NCBI GenBank assembly: GCA_036491275.1
Contig: DASXCH010000157.1
Span: forward strand, 8,902-72,901
Length of the DNA: 64,000 bases
From: Caulobacteraceae bacterium
GTDB taxonomy: Bacteria; Pseudomonadota; Alphaproteobacteria; Caulobacterales; Caulobacteraceae
Direction of reading: 5' to 3'
Part shown: one piece after another, positions 45,552-53,631 of the stretch
Position numbering within the stretch: position 1 is the first letter of the stretch
How the letters are laid out: each line of letters opens with the position of its first letter
Notes under the pieces: model-generated
Seen by the model: the letters and a program-made list of their open reading frames with translations, nothing else
Databases searched by the model: none
What the model was told of the DNA's origin: nothing
Translations under genes and position numbers: made by a program

Positions 45552-48053
45552 TCAGGTTGTCAATCGCAGCGACGCCTGCAATTCGATATCCGCCGCCGAA
45601 CACCCGATCAGGAGATCATAGCCGCCAGGCTCGGCGAACCAGCCACCTGACTCCACATTCCAGAACGAGAAGTCGCCCGCCGAGAGGGTCAGGGTGACCC
45701 GCCGCCTCTCCTCTGGTTCGAGGGCGATCTTGGCGAAGCCCTTCAGTTCCTTCACCGGTCTTTCCACCGACGGACCCCTCGGCCGGACATAGAGCTGGAC
45801 CGTCTCCATTCCCGGCCGGCGGCCGACGTTGGCGACGGTGAAGGAGACCGTCACGGGATCCCCGGCCCTCGCCTCCTCGGGCGCCTCGAGGTCGGCATAG
45901 GCGAAACGGGTGTAGGTGAGACCATGGCCGAAGGGGAACATCGGCTTGTCCGGCGCGCGGTCGAAATGGCGGTAGCCGACCATCAGGCCCTCGCCATAGA
46001 TCACCTCCTCGCCGCCCGGGTACCAGGTGTGGGCGGGGGTGTCCTCAATCCGGCAGGGGAAGGTCACCGGCAGTCGCCCCGAAGGCTCTGCCTGGCCGAA
46101 GAGGATGCGGGCCGCCGCGTCCGGCCCCTCCTCGCCGCCGAGCCAGGCCTCCAGCACCGCCGGCGCGTGCTCGATCCACGGCAGGGCGTAGGGCGCGCCG
46201 TTCACCAGCACGACAGCGGTTCGCGGATTGGCCGCCAGCACCGCCTCGACGAGGGCGTTCTGATCACCCGGCAGTTCGAGATCGGCCCGGTCGTAGCCCT
46301 CGCCCTCGCTCACCGAAGCCGCGCCGATGACGACGATGGCGGCATCCGCGCTCGCCGCCGCTTGCGCCGCCGCTTCGATGGAGCCGGTCGGCTGGCGAAC
46401 ACCGATGCCGACATATTCCCAGACGATGCCGCCGGTCTTTTCCGGCCGGACGTATTCGATGACGATCGGATAGCCGCGTCCGGCCATGAGATTCGTGGCC
46501 GCGATCCCCCGAGGCGCCGGATGGCCGCCGACATCCCAGTCGTCGAACACCGGCGTCGTCGTTTCGTCGACCAGCGCCTCGCCGTCCAGCAGGATGCGCC
46601 CGGCGCCCGGCGCGCGCAGAGAAAACTCGTGGCGGCCGTCGCGCTCGGGCCAGAACCAGCCGCTCCAGCGCAAGGCGCCCAGCCCCTCGCCCATCCGATC
46701 CACGGAGGTGGTCGAGACGAGCTTGCCGATCTCGCGCTCGGGCCGGCTGAGCCAGGGCTCGCCGGCGAAGCCGCGCTCGGCGAAATAATCGACCGTCAAA
46801 CCGGCCGCGCCGCGCTCCTCGTCGGGGCTGAACATGGCCGCGCGGGCCGCGGGCGGCACAGGCTCGTTGTCGCCGCCCTCGGCGAATATCACCTCGGCTG
46901 ACCCGGCCAGGAGTTCCTGCACGGCCTGAAGCATCGAGGTCCGCCGGCCCGGCCGGACATGGGAGGAGCCGCCGCCCTGGATGCGTCGCACGGCCGCGTT
47001 CGGCCCGACCACCGCCACGCTACGGACGGCGGCGGCGTCGAATGGCAGCAGATCGCCGTCATTCTTCAGCAGCACCATGGATTCCTCGGCCGCGCGGGCG
47101 GCGATCTCGCGGTGCCGCTTCGAGCGCAGTTCGCCCTTTGGTCTGTCGCCGCCGTCGAGGGCGCCGGTGCGCAGGATCAGCCGGATCATGCGCCGGGCCG
47201 CGTCGTCGATCCGCGCCGGCGAAACCTCGCCCGCCTTGACCGCGGCGACGAGCTTGTCCCCGAACCAGCGCGCGGGCCCGGGCATCTCCAGGTCACAGCC
47301 GTTCTCTGCGGCCGGGACGGTGGAATGCACGGCGCCCCAGTCCGAAACGACGACCCCATCATAGCCCCACTCGCCCTTGAGGATCTCCTCCAGCAGGCGA
47401 TGATTCTCGGTGGCGAAGGCGCCGGCGAGGCGATTGTAGGAGGCCATCACCGTCCACGGATTGGCGACGCGGACCACGGTCTCGAAGGCGGCCAGGTAAA
47501 TCTCGCGCAACGTCCGCTCGTCGAGAACGACGTTGACGCTCATCCGGCTCACTTCCTGGTTGTTGGCCGCGAAGTGCTTGAGCGAGGCGCCGACGCCCTC
47601 GGCCTGCAGGCCCTCGACATAGGCCGCGCCGAGCGCTCCGGCGAGGTAGGGGTCCTCCGAATAGGTTTCGAAGTTCCGGCCCCAAAGCGGCGTGCGCATG
47701 ATGTTGACGGTGGGCGCCAGGACGACACGGTTGTCGAGGGCCAGGGCCTCGCGGGCGATGGCGGCGGCGACCTCGCGGGTCAGTTCCGGATTCCACGTCG
47801 AGGCCATGGCCACGCCCACGGGAAAGACCGTGGCCGCCTCGCCTTCATTGGAGCGAACGCCGGTGGGACCATCTGTGACCCGCACCGGCGGCACGCCCAG
47901 CCGCTCGACGCCCATCAGGGTGAAGGCGCCGGACCCGGCCATCAAAGATACCTTTTCCTCGAGGATCATGGCGTCGAGCAGAGACTCGACGCGGGTCTCG
48001 AGCGGCGCGGCCGGATCGAGCCAGGGGCGGGTGTCCGTATCGGCCTTCGTCAT
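45552..48053 (-). CDS. GH3 beta-glucosidase with PA14 insert and Fn3-like domain
   Basis: TDGPTGVR, GRNFETYSEDP, KHFAANNQE, VMASYN, VVSDWG, LLKN, GGGSS, SEGEGYDR, FPFGHGLTYT. Confidence 0.93.
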   Translation of the reverse strand: MTKADTDTRPWLDPAAPLETRVESLLDAMILEEKVSLMAGSGAFTLMGVERLGVPPVRVTDGPTGVRSNEGEAATVFPVGVAMASTWNPELTREVAAAIAREALALDNRVVLAPTVNIMRTPLWGRNFETYSEDPYLAGALGAAYVEGLQAEGVGASLKHFAANNQEVSRMSVNVVLDERTLREIYLAAFETVVRVANPWTVMASYNRLAGAFATENHRLLEEILKGEWGYDGVVVSDWGAVHSTVPAAENGCDLEMPGPARWFGDKLVAAVKAGEVSPARIDDAARRMIRLILRTGALDGGDRPKGELRSKRHREIAARAAEESMVLLKNDGDLLPFDAAAVRSVAVVGPNAAVRRIQGGGSSHVRPGRRTSMLQAVQELLAGSAEVIFAEGGDNEPVPPAARAAMFSPDEERGAAGLTVDYFAERGFAGEPWLSRPEREIGKLVSTTSVDRMGEGLGALRWSGWFWPERDGRHEFSLRAPGAGRILLDGEALVDETTTPVFDDWDVGGHPAPRGIAATNLMAGRGYPIVIEYVRPEKTGGIVWEYVGIGVRQPTGSIEAAAQAAASADAAIVVIGAASVSEGEGYDRADLELPGDQNALVEAVLAANPRTAVVLVNGAPYALPWIEHAPAVLEAWLGGEEGPDAAARILFGQAEPSGRLPVTFPCRIEDTPAHTWYPGGEEVIYGEGLMVGYRHFDRAPDKPMFPFGHGLTYTRFAYADLEAPEEARAGDPVTVSFTVANVGRRPGMETVQLYVRPRGPSVERPVKELKGFAKIALEPEERRRVTLTLSAGDFSFWNVESGGWFAEPGGYDLLIGCSAADIELQASLRLTT

Positions 48054-48151
48054 TCTCGCCTGCGCTTCCCCCTGCCCCCGACCCTAGGACGTCGAAGCGG
48101 GCGTCAGCAAGGCTGCTCCCGACTTGCCGTGCGGCGGCTCAGAAGCAGGAT

Positions 48152-49459
48152 TCAGGGCCCTCGGTCACAAGCGTCTGCCCGTGCCAGGAGAAAGGCCCTT
48201 TCCCGCACGTTGCGGGTAAGCGCGGCCGCAACCCTGAATTCTGAACACGCCTCGGCCAGCCGGCCGGCCCGGAACAGGAAGTCGCCCCGCGCCGCGGGCA
48301 AGGGCGCATAGTGGCGGAGGGAGGCGGCGCCGGCGATCTCGTCCACCAATCTGAGGCCCGCTTCGGGTCCGAAGGCCATGCTATGGGCGATCGCGCGATT
48401 GAGATCGACCACCGGCGAGGGCATGACGAAACGCAGGCGGTCATAGAGCGCGGCGATGCGACGCCAGTCGGTATCGGCGGCCCGGCGCGCCCGGGCGTGG
48501 CAGGCGGCAAGCGCCGATTGCAGCAAATAAGGACCCCAATCGCCCATGTCGCCGGCCAACGCTTCGGCGCGGGCCAGAGCATCGAAGCCCCGGCGGATCA
48601 GGAGTTGGTCCCAGCGTGAACGATCCTGCTCGGCGAGCGGCATGAAATCGCCCTTCGGCCCGGTGCGCGCCGGAAGGCGCGACGCCTGGATCTCCATCAG
48701 GGCCAGGAGGCCGAACACCTCGGCGTCCTTGGGCATCAGCCCGGCCAGCATGCGGCCGAGCCGCCCGGCTTCCAGGCACAGGTCCGGCCGCACAAGGTCG
48801 GCGCCCGCCGTGGCCGCATAGCCTTCATTGAAAATGAGGTAGATGACCTCGAGCACCGAGGGCAGCCGGGCCGCCCGTTCGGCGCCCCGCGGCGTCTCGA
48901 AGGTCAGTCCGGCCTTCGCGATCGCTTTCTTCGCGCGGACGATACGCTGGGCGATCGTCGCCTCGCTCGACAGGAAGGCGCGGGCGATCTCGTCGGTCGT
49001 CAGGCCGCCGACCACCTTGAGCGTGAGCGCCGCGCGGGCGTCGGGCGACAGAATGGGGTGGCAGGCCGTGAAGATGAGGCCGAGCAGTTCATCGCCGAGA
49101 TCATCGTCCATGGCCGCTTCGATCGCTTCAATCGCCTCAGCGGCCGCGCCGCCGGACGTCCCAGCCAGCGTCCGTGCAATCTCCTCGTGCTTGCGCTCGC
49201 GCATCCGGTCGCGCCGCAGGGCGTCGACGGCGCGGCGCTTGGCGACGGCCATCAGCCAGGCGCCCGGATTGGCCGGAACGCCGGTCCTCGGCCAATCGGA
49301 GAGGGCGACGACGAGTGCATCCTGCGCCAGCTCCTCGGCAAGGTCGACGTTCCGCACGACGCGGGCCAGGCCCGCGACGAGCCTGGCCCTTTCAAGGCGA
49401 AATGTCGCTTCGATCGCCCGCCGCGTCTCGCCGGTGGTGTGGGTCTCGCCTGCGGTCAC
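48152..49459 (-). CDS. ECF sigma factor with long C-terminal extension (ECF42-like)
   Basis: LAEELAQDA, NPGAWLMAVAKRRAVD, LIFTACHPIL, LTTDEIARAF, QRIVRAK, YLIFNEGY, EQDRSRWD; adjacent to DGPF gene. Confidence 0.9.
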   Translation of the reverse strand: MTAGETHTTGETRRAIEATFRLERARLVAGLARVVRNVDLAEELAQDALVVALSDWPRTGVPANPGAWLMAVAKRRAVDALRRDRMRERKHEEIARTLAGTSGGAAAEAIEAIEAAMDDDLGDELLGLIFTACHPILSPDARAALTLKVVGGLTTDEIARAFLSSEATIAQRIVRAKKAIAKAGLTFETPRGAERAARLPSVLEVIYLIFNEGYAATAGADLVRPDLCLEAGRLGRMLAGLMPKDAEVFGLLALMEIQASRLPARTGPKGDFMPLAEQDRSRWDQLLIRRGFDALARAEALAGDMGDWGPYLLQSALAACHARARRAADTDWRRIAALYDRLRFVMPSPVVDLNRAIAHSMAFGPEAGLRLVDEIAGAASLRHYAPLPAARGDFLFRAGRLAEACSEFRVAAALTRNVRERAFLLARADACDRGP

Positions 49460-49525
49460 CCTGCTTTTTCGGCCAAGGCCTCAGGAGAGACAAGCATGCA
49501 CTCTGGCCGCCTCCCGCTGACAGTG

Positions 49526-49942
49526 TCAGGCGACGCCGAGCCTCCCGCGCTCGCCTTCACGGGGCGCCGCAAGGTCCTCGGGCGGCAAAAATTCGGCGAG
49601 GTCCGCCGCCTCGTAGAACGGCCGGATCTCAACCTCGCTCTGGCCCAGCAGGGGATTGCGCTTCGCCCACGCCACGGCCTCGTCCATGTCCTTGACCTCC
49701 CAGATGAAGAAGCCGGCGACCAGCTCGCGGGTTTCGGCGAACGGCCCGTCAATGACCCTTAAGTTGGAACCGTCGGAGGCAATGCGCTTGGCCTGGGCGC
49801 TGTTCTGGAGGCCGGCGCCAGCCACCATGATTCCGGCCTCGACCAGGTCCTCGGTGAACCGGTCCATCGCCTCAAAGGCCTCTTTCGTTGGGGGCTCTCC
49901 CTTTCCGACTTCGGTGGCTTTCCCGAACACCATAACCCGCAT
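49526..49942 (-). CDS. YciI/DGPF family protein
   Basis: VIDGPFAETRELVAGF, EAVAWAKR, EVEIRP. Confidence 0.92.
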   Translation of the reverse strand: MRVMVFGKATEVGKGEPPTKEAFEAMDRFTEDLVEAGIMVAGAGLQNSAQAKRIASDGSNLRVIDGPFAETRELVAGFFIWEVKDMDEAVAWAKRNPLLGQSEVEIRPFYEAADLAEFLPPEDLAAPREGERGRLGVA

Positions 49943-49990
49943 CGACTGTCTCCTTGTTAGAGCCGGCCCCTTTTGGCGTCTCATAAGGGC

Positions 49991-50017
49991 GACGAACGAG
50001 GTTGCCGGAAATCGACA
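49991..50017 (-). promoter_or_regulatory. ECF42-type autoregulatory promoter
   Basis: Minus strand TGTCGA-N17-CGTC upstream of DGPF gene, matching the reported ECF42 -35/-10 elements. Confidence 0.65.
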
Positions 50018-50127
50018 TCGTTCCGCAAATCTTTCTCGACAGTCGAAGCGCGCGGCAAGAATGGCCGCCCCCTGGTCGAGGGCTCCGCGCTTGCCAGACG
50101 CCGGCGTGGCGCCCTTAGCTTCGCTCC

Positions 50128-50922
50128 ATGAGCACGCCCGAAGCTCGCCTGCGTCTCGAGACCCGCGACGGCGGCGCCATCGCCCATGTGACGCTGGACG
50201 ACGAGGCCCGGCTGAACGTCTTCAGCCGCGCGCTGATGAGTTCGTTCCTGCACGTCATGGGCGAACTCGCCGCCAGGTCCGATCTGCGCTGCGTGGTGCT
50301 GACCGGCGCGGGCGAGCGCGCCTTCGTCGCCGGGGCGGACATCCTGGAGATGGCCGAGATCGCCGGTCCGGCTGAGGCGCGGGCCTTCATCGGCCAGGTC
50401 CACGCCTGCTGCGAGGCGGCGCGCGCCTGCCCAGTTCCCGTCATCGCCCAGATCAACGGCCATGCGCTGGGCGCCGGTCTCGAACTCGCGGCGGCATGCG
50501 ATCTTCGTGTCGCGTCCCAGAACGCCACGTTCGGCATGCCGGAGGTGAAGGTCGGCGTGCCGTCAGTGGTCGAGGCGGCCCTGCTGCCCGGCCTGATCGG
50601 CTGGGGCCGGACGCGGGAGATGCTGCTGCTCGGGATGAGCTACGAAGCGGACGCCGCCAGGGCGATGGGACTCGTCGACGAGGTCGTCGCGCCCGATCGG
50701 CTCGACGCGGCGGTGGAAGTCAGGATCGCGGCGATCCTGGACGCCAAACCCGGAGCCGTACGGCTGCAGAAGGCGCTCATCCGCCGCTGGGAAACCTGCC
50801 GCTGCGCGAGGCGGTGGCGATCGGCGTCGACACTTTCGCCCAGGCCTTTCTGACCTCTGAGCCACAATGACGCCATGGCGGCCTGGACGCTTGCCCGGGC
50901 GGCGCGCAAGCGGAAGGGCTAA
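50128..50922 (+). pseudogene. Enoyl-CoA hydratase/isomerase with two compensating 1-bp indels near the 3' end
   Basis: AFVAGADI, INGHALGAGLELAAACDLR, FGMPEV; frame jumps at ~50793 and ~50864; removing both restores a ~264-aa ORF ending TAA 50920-50922. Confidence 0.75.
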
Positions 50923-51506
50923 GGCCTAGACCGATCGAGATCGGCGTAGGCTTCCGCGAGGTTGACGCAGGCGGCGCGCAGGGCGCCGGCCTGGGCGTCG
51001 GCGAGGCGCTCGCCGGTCTCCCGCTCCACCACGGCCCGCCAGTCGGGCCTCTTCCCCAATGCCGCATCAGGTTCCATGAGCGCCAGCAACAGGCGCGCGC
51101 TGGCCGTTCCGGTGAGCGAGAGGACCCGCCGCGCCCGGCCGCCGGCGCGCAACCTGCGCTCGGCGAAGGGATCCTCCGCGGGGCCGGCGTCGATCCGCGC
51201 GGCGTAGCGGGCGACGCCGCCGCATCCGGCATGGCGGGCGGCGAGGTCGGCCTGCAAGCGGCGAACGGCGGCCAGGGCGGCATTTCCCTGCTGGCCGCCG
51301 AGCAGACGCTCGAAGACATCGCGGCGTTGGGCGCGCAAGCCGTGACCGCACACATCCGCTCGAGCCTCGATATCGGCGTTGGCGGCCAGCCCCAGCGAGA
51401 TGGGGTCGACGCCCCAGGTCCGCGGGTCTCGATCGGCCAAACGCTGGGCCTCGCGGCGGCGGGCGATGGTCAAGGGATCGGCCGGCCGTGTGCGTTTGCG
51501 GGCCAT
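50919..51506 (-). CDS. Hypothetical protein, phage late-regulator-like (inferred)
   Basis: 195 aa; RRDVFERL, AVRRLQAD, DWRAVVERETGE, AACVNLAEAY; divergent from XRE gene. Confidence 0.7.
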   Translation of the reverse strand: MARKRTRPADPLTIARRREAQRLADRDPRTWGVDPISLGLAANADIEARADVCGHGLRAQRRDVFERLLGGQQGNAALAAVRRLQADLAARHAGCGGVARYAARIDAGPAEDPFAERRLRAGGRARRVLSLTGTASARLLLALMEPDAALGKRPDWRAVVERETGERLADAQAGALRAACVNLAEAYADLDRSRP

Positions 51507-51507
51507 G

Positions 51508-51573
51508 TCAGGCGCGCGGTCCGACGCCGACGAAGGCCAGTTCAGAGCGCGGCGACGGACAGGAATGGGACAT
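51508..51573 (-). CDS. 21-aa leader ORF (possible cro vestige)
   Basis: MSHSCPSPRSELAFVGVGPRA*; stop 1 nt before ATG of 50919-51506. Confidence 0.3.
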   Translation of the reverse strand: MSHSCPSPRSELAFVGVGPRA

Positions 51574-51581
51574 ACCGCATC

Positions 51582-51666
51582 ATTGCATAATGCAATTCAG
51601 AGGGCAAGTTGTCATTTTTGCATATTGTCTGACGACTGTCGAGCCTGTTGATTTGCATAATGCGGC
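51582..51666. promoter_or_regulatory. Divergent promoter region with palindromic operators
   Basis: Perfect ATTGCAT-A-ATGCAAT (51582-51596); TTGCATATTG (51618-51627); TTGCATAATGCGG (51653-51665). Confidence 0.7.
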
Positions 51667-51984
51667 ATGCCACGTGATCCTGTACGGAACTACCTGCGCG
51701 TCTGGCGCGAATTCAGAGGCCTCACCCAGGCCCGGCTCGCCGAAGCCATCGGCACGACCGGAGCGGTGATCAGCCTGATCGAGGCCGGCGAGCGTCGCCT
51801 GTCGGACAAATGGGCCAACAAGATCGGACCGGTGCTGGGCATCCGCGCCGGGTTCCTGTTCGATACCGATCCCAAAGACCTCGACACCGACATCATGGAG
51901 ATCTGGACCGAGATCCCCGAGGACCGGCGCGATCAGGCGCGCGATGTGCTCAAGACTTTCCGCGTCAGGGCCCGCGAGGGCTAA
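51667..51984 (+). CDS. XRE/CI-like HTH transcriptional regulator (no S24 peptidase domain)
   Basis: YLRVWREFRGLTQARLAEAIGTTGAVISLIEAGERRLS; 105 aa; no SD sequence. Confidence 0.92.
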   Translation: MPRDPVRNYLRVWREFRGLTQARLAEAIGTTGAVISLIEAGERRLSDKWANKIGPVLGIRAGFLFDTDPKDLDTDIMEIWTEIPEDRRDQARDVLKTFRVRAREG

Positions 51985-52031
51985 CGCCCCTCCCCGGCTT
52001 TGCCGGTACTCCCCCCGTGACCTCGGGGAAA

Positions 52032-52568
52032 TCAGCCCAGAGCGCCTGCAAGACCGAGGGCGGCCGCCCCGGCCAGGAACCACAGAGGATTGAGCTTGCT
52101 GAAGAAGGCCGCAACCGCGGTGGCCACGGTCACGATCGCCAGGCGCCAGTCGCGGTCTGCGGCGTGGGAAAGGAGCCAGGCGCTGGCCGCAACCATGCCG
52201 ACGCTGAGCGGGGCCAGGCCCGCGCCGGCCGCCGCCCGCCAGCGCGCCTCGCGCTTGCGCTCCCAAATACCGGCCGCGAAATAGGTCAGTAGGCAGGACG
52301 GCCCGCACATGGCGAGCGTCGCCGCCAGGGCGCCGGCGATCCCGGCCACCTTCCAGCCGATCAAGGTGGAGATCATCACGTTCGGCCCCGGCGCGGCCTG
52401 CGCGATGGCGAAGAGGTCGGCGAACTGGGCGTCGCTCATCCAGTGGCGCAGCTCGACCGCCTGGCGGTGCATCTCGGGCACGACCGCGTTGGCGCCGCCG
52501 AACGCGATCAGCGAAAGGACGACGAAGGTCGGGACGAGATCCGTCAGAATGGCGGGCTGGGCCTTCAC
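52032..52568 (-). CDS. chrA: Short-chain chromate transporter subunit
   Basis: SLIAFGGANAVV, FAIAQAAPGPN, GWKVAG. Confidence 0.9.
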   Translation of the reverse strand: MKAQPAILTDLVPTFVVLSLIAFGGANAVVPEMHRQAVELRHWMSDAQFADLFAIAQAAPGPNVMISTLIGWKVAGIAGALAATLAMCGPSCLLTYFAAGIWERKREARWRAAAGAGLAPLSVGMVAASAWLLSHAADRDWRLAIVTVATAVAAFFSKLNPLWFLAGAAALGLAGALG

Positions 52569-53128
52569 GCGGCGCGCCGCCAGGCCAGGGCGAGGCTGAA
52601 CGGGGCCAGGGCCAGCAGGACCCAGACCAGGGGCAGCTTCAGGAGACCGACGGCGACGAAGGCGATCAGAATGAACGGCGCCGCCGAGGCCGGGCGCTTG
52701 CGGATGAGCGGCCAGGCCATCTTGGCGGCGGTCGCCGCCACCAGGCCGCTGGCCCCTGCCCCCAGGCCGGCGATCAGCTCCGGCGCGCGGCCGACGGCGC
52801 CGAAGCGCGCGTAGAGGCTCGCCAGAATCAGGACAACGACCACCGGCGCGGCCATGAGACCCGTCACCGCGGCCAGGGCGCCGGCCGCTCCGGCGAACCT
52901 GGAACCGACGACGACCGAGACATTGACGATGTTGGGCCCCGGCAGGGTCTGACAGAGGGCCAGGGTCTCGTTGAACTGCGCTTCGCTGAGCCAGGCGCGG
53001 CGCTCGACCAGCATGCGGCGGGCGAAGGGCAGCACGCCGCCGAAGCCGGTGAGGCCGACCGTCAGGAAAGCCATGAACAGCGCGCCGGGCCGCGGCGAGT
53101 CGCGGCTCCGCTCGTGCTCAATTTGCAT
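52565..53128 (-). CDS. chrA: Short-chain chromate transporter subunit
   Basis: GLTGFGGVL, FNETLALCQTLPGPNIVN; start ATG 53128 or 53149. Confidence 0.9.
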   Translation of the reverse strand: MQIEHERSRDSPRPGALFMAFLTVGLTGFGGVLPFARRMLVERRAWLSEAQFNETLALCQTLPGPNIVNVSVVVGSRFAGAAGALAAVTGLMAAPVVVVLILASLYARFGAVGRAPELIAGLGAGASGLVAATAAKMAWPLIRKRPASAAPFILIAFVAVGLLKLPLVWVLLALAPFSLALAWRRAA

Positions 53129-53154
53129 ATTGATATTCTGGGTTGCCATCTATC

Positions 53155-53167
53155 TTGCTGTATGCAA
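53155..53167. promoter_or_regulatory. T-N11-A dyad TTGC-TGTAT-GCAA in chrA divergent promoter
   Basis: 13-bp dyad in AT-rich patch; LysR-box-like and 11/13 identical to the XRE operator. Confidence 0.5.
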
Positions 53168-53177
53168 TAATTTGGCC

Positions 53178-53483
53178 ATGAACAGGGACCTTCTCCGCCG
53201 CCTGGACGACAGCACCGTCGACCTCGCCGCCCGTTGCCGCGAAGACTTCGAGGCCGGCCACCTTGTCGCCGATGAAGAGGTCCGCGCCCTTTCCGGCCTG
53301 GCGCAAGCCATCGGCCGCGGCCTCGTCGAATGGCGCGACATCTCGCAGGGCCTGGCGCTGGCCGCGCCGCTCGACGCCCGGCGCGCGGGGACGATCGTGA
53401 TCGAAACCGTCTTCGACGAGGTGTTGGCCCCCGACGCCTGGCGGGTGCTGTCGGATGCTTTCGCGCTGGTGGAGTTGGGGTGA
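53178..53483 (+). CDS. Hypothetical protein (101 aa)
   Basis: High-GC codon usage; begins MNRDLLRRLD. Confidence 0.55.
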   Translation: MNRDLLRRLDDSTVDLAARCREDFEAGHLVADEEVRALSGLAQAIGRGLVEWRDISQGLALAAPLDARRAGTIVIETVFDEVLAPDAWRVLSDAFALVELG

Positions 53484-53501
53484 GAGGCGAAGACATCAGC
53501 C

Positions 53502-53616
53502 GTCATCCCCACCAAGGCGCGAAGCGCCGCAAGCCGGAACCCGGTTGCGGCTCTTACCGGCGTTATTTCACCCCCTGGCTCCCGGGTCTGGCCGCGTGCG
53601 GCTCGCCCGGGATGAC
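53502..53616. repeat. REP/RIME-like palindromic element
   Basis: Perfect terminal IR GTCATCCC/GGGATGAC; inner arms CCGGAACCCGG / CTGGCTCCCGG; between convergent genes. Confidence 0.75.
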
Positions 53617-53631
53617 GCAGGGGGGAAATCC

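Noticed and set aside
50919-51984. Identification as the Caulobacter RogA/GafYZ GTA regulators, or as an intact prophage
   Set aside because: No recognisable sequence identity from memory, only one divergent gene, and no integrase or structural genes. Kept only as a phage-like switch hypothesis.
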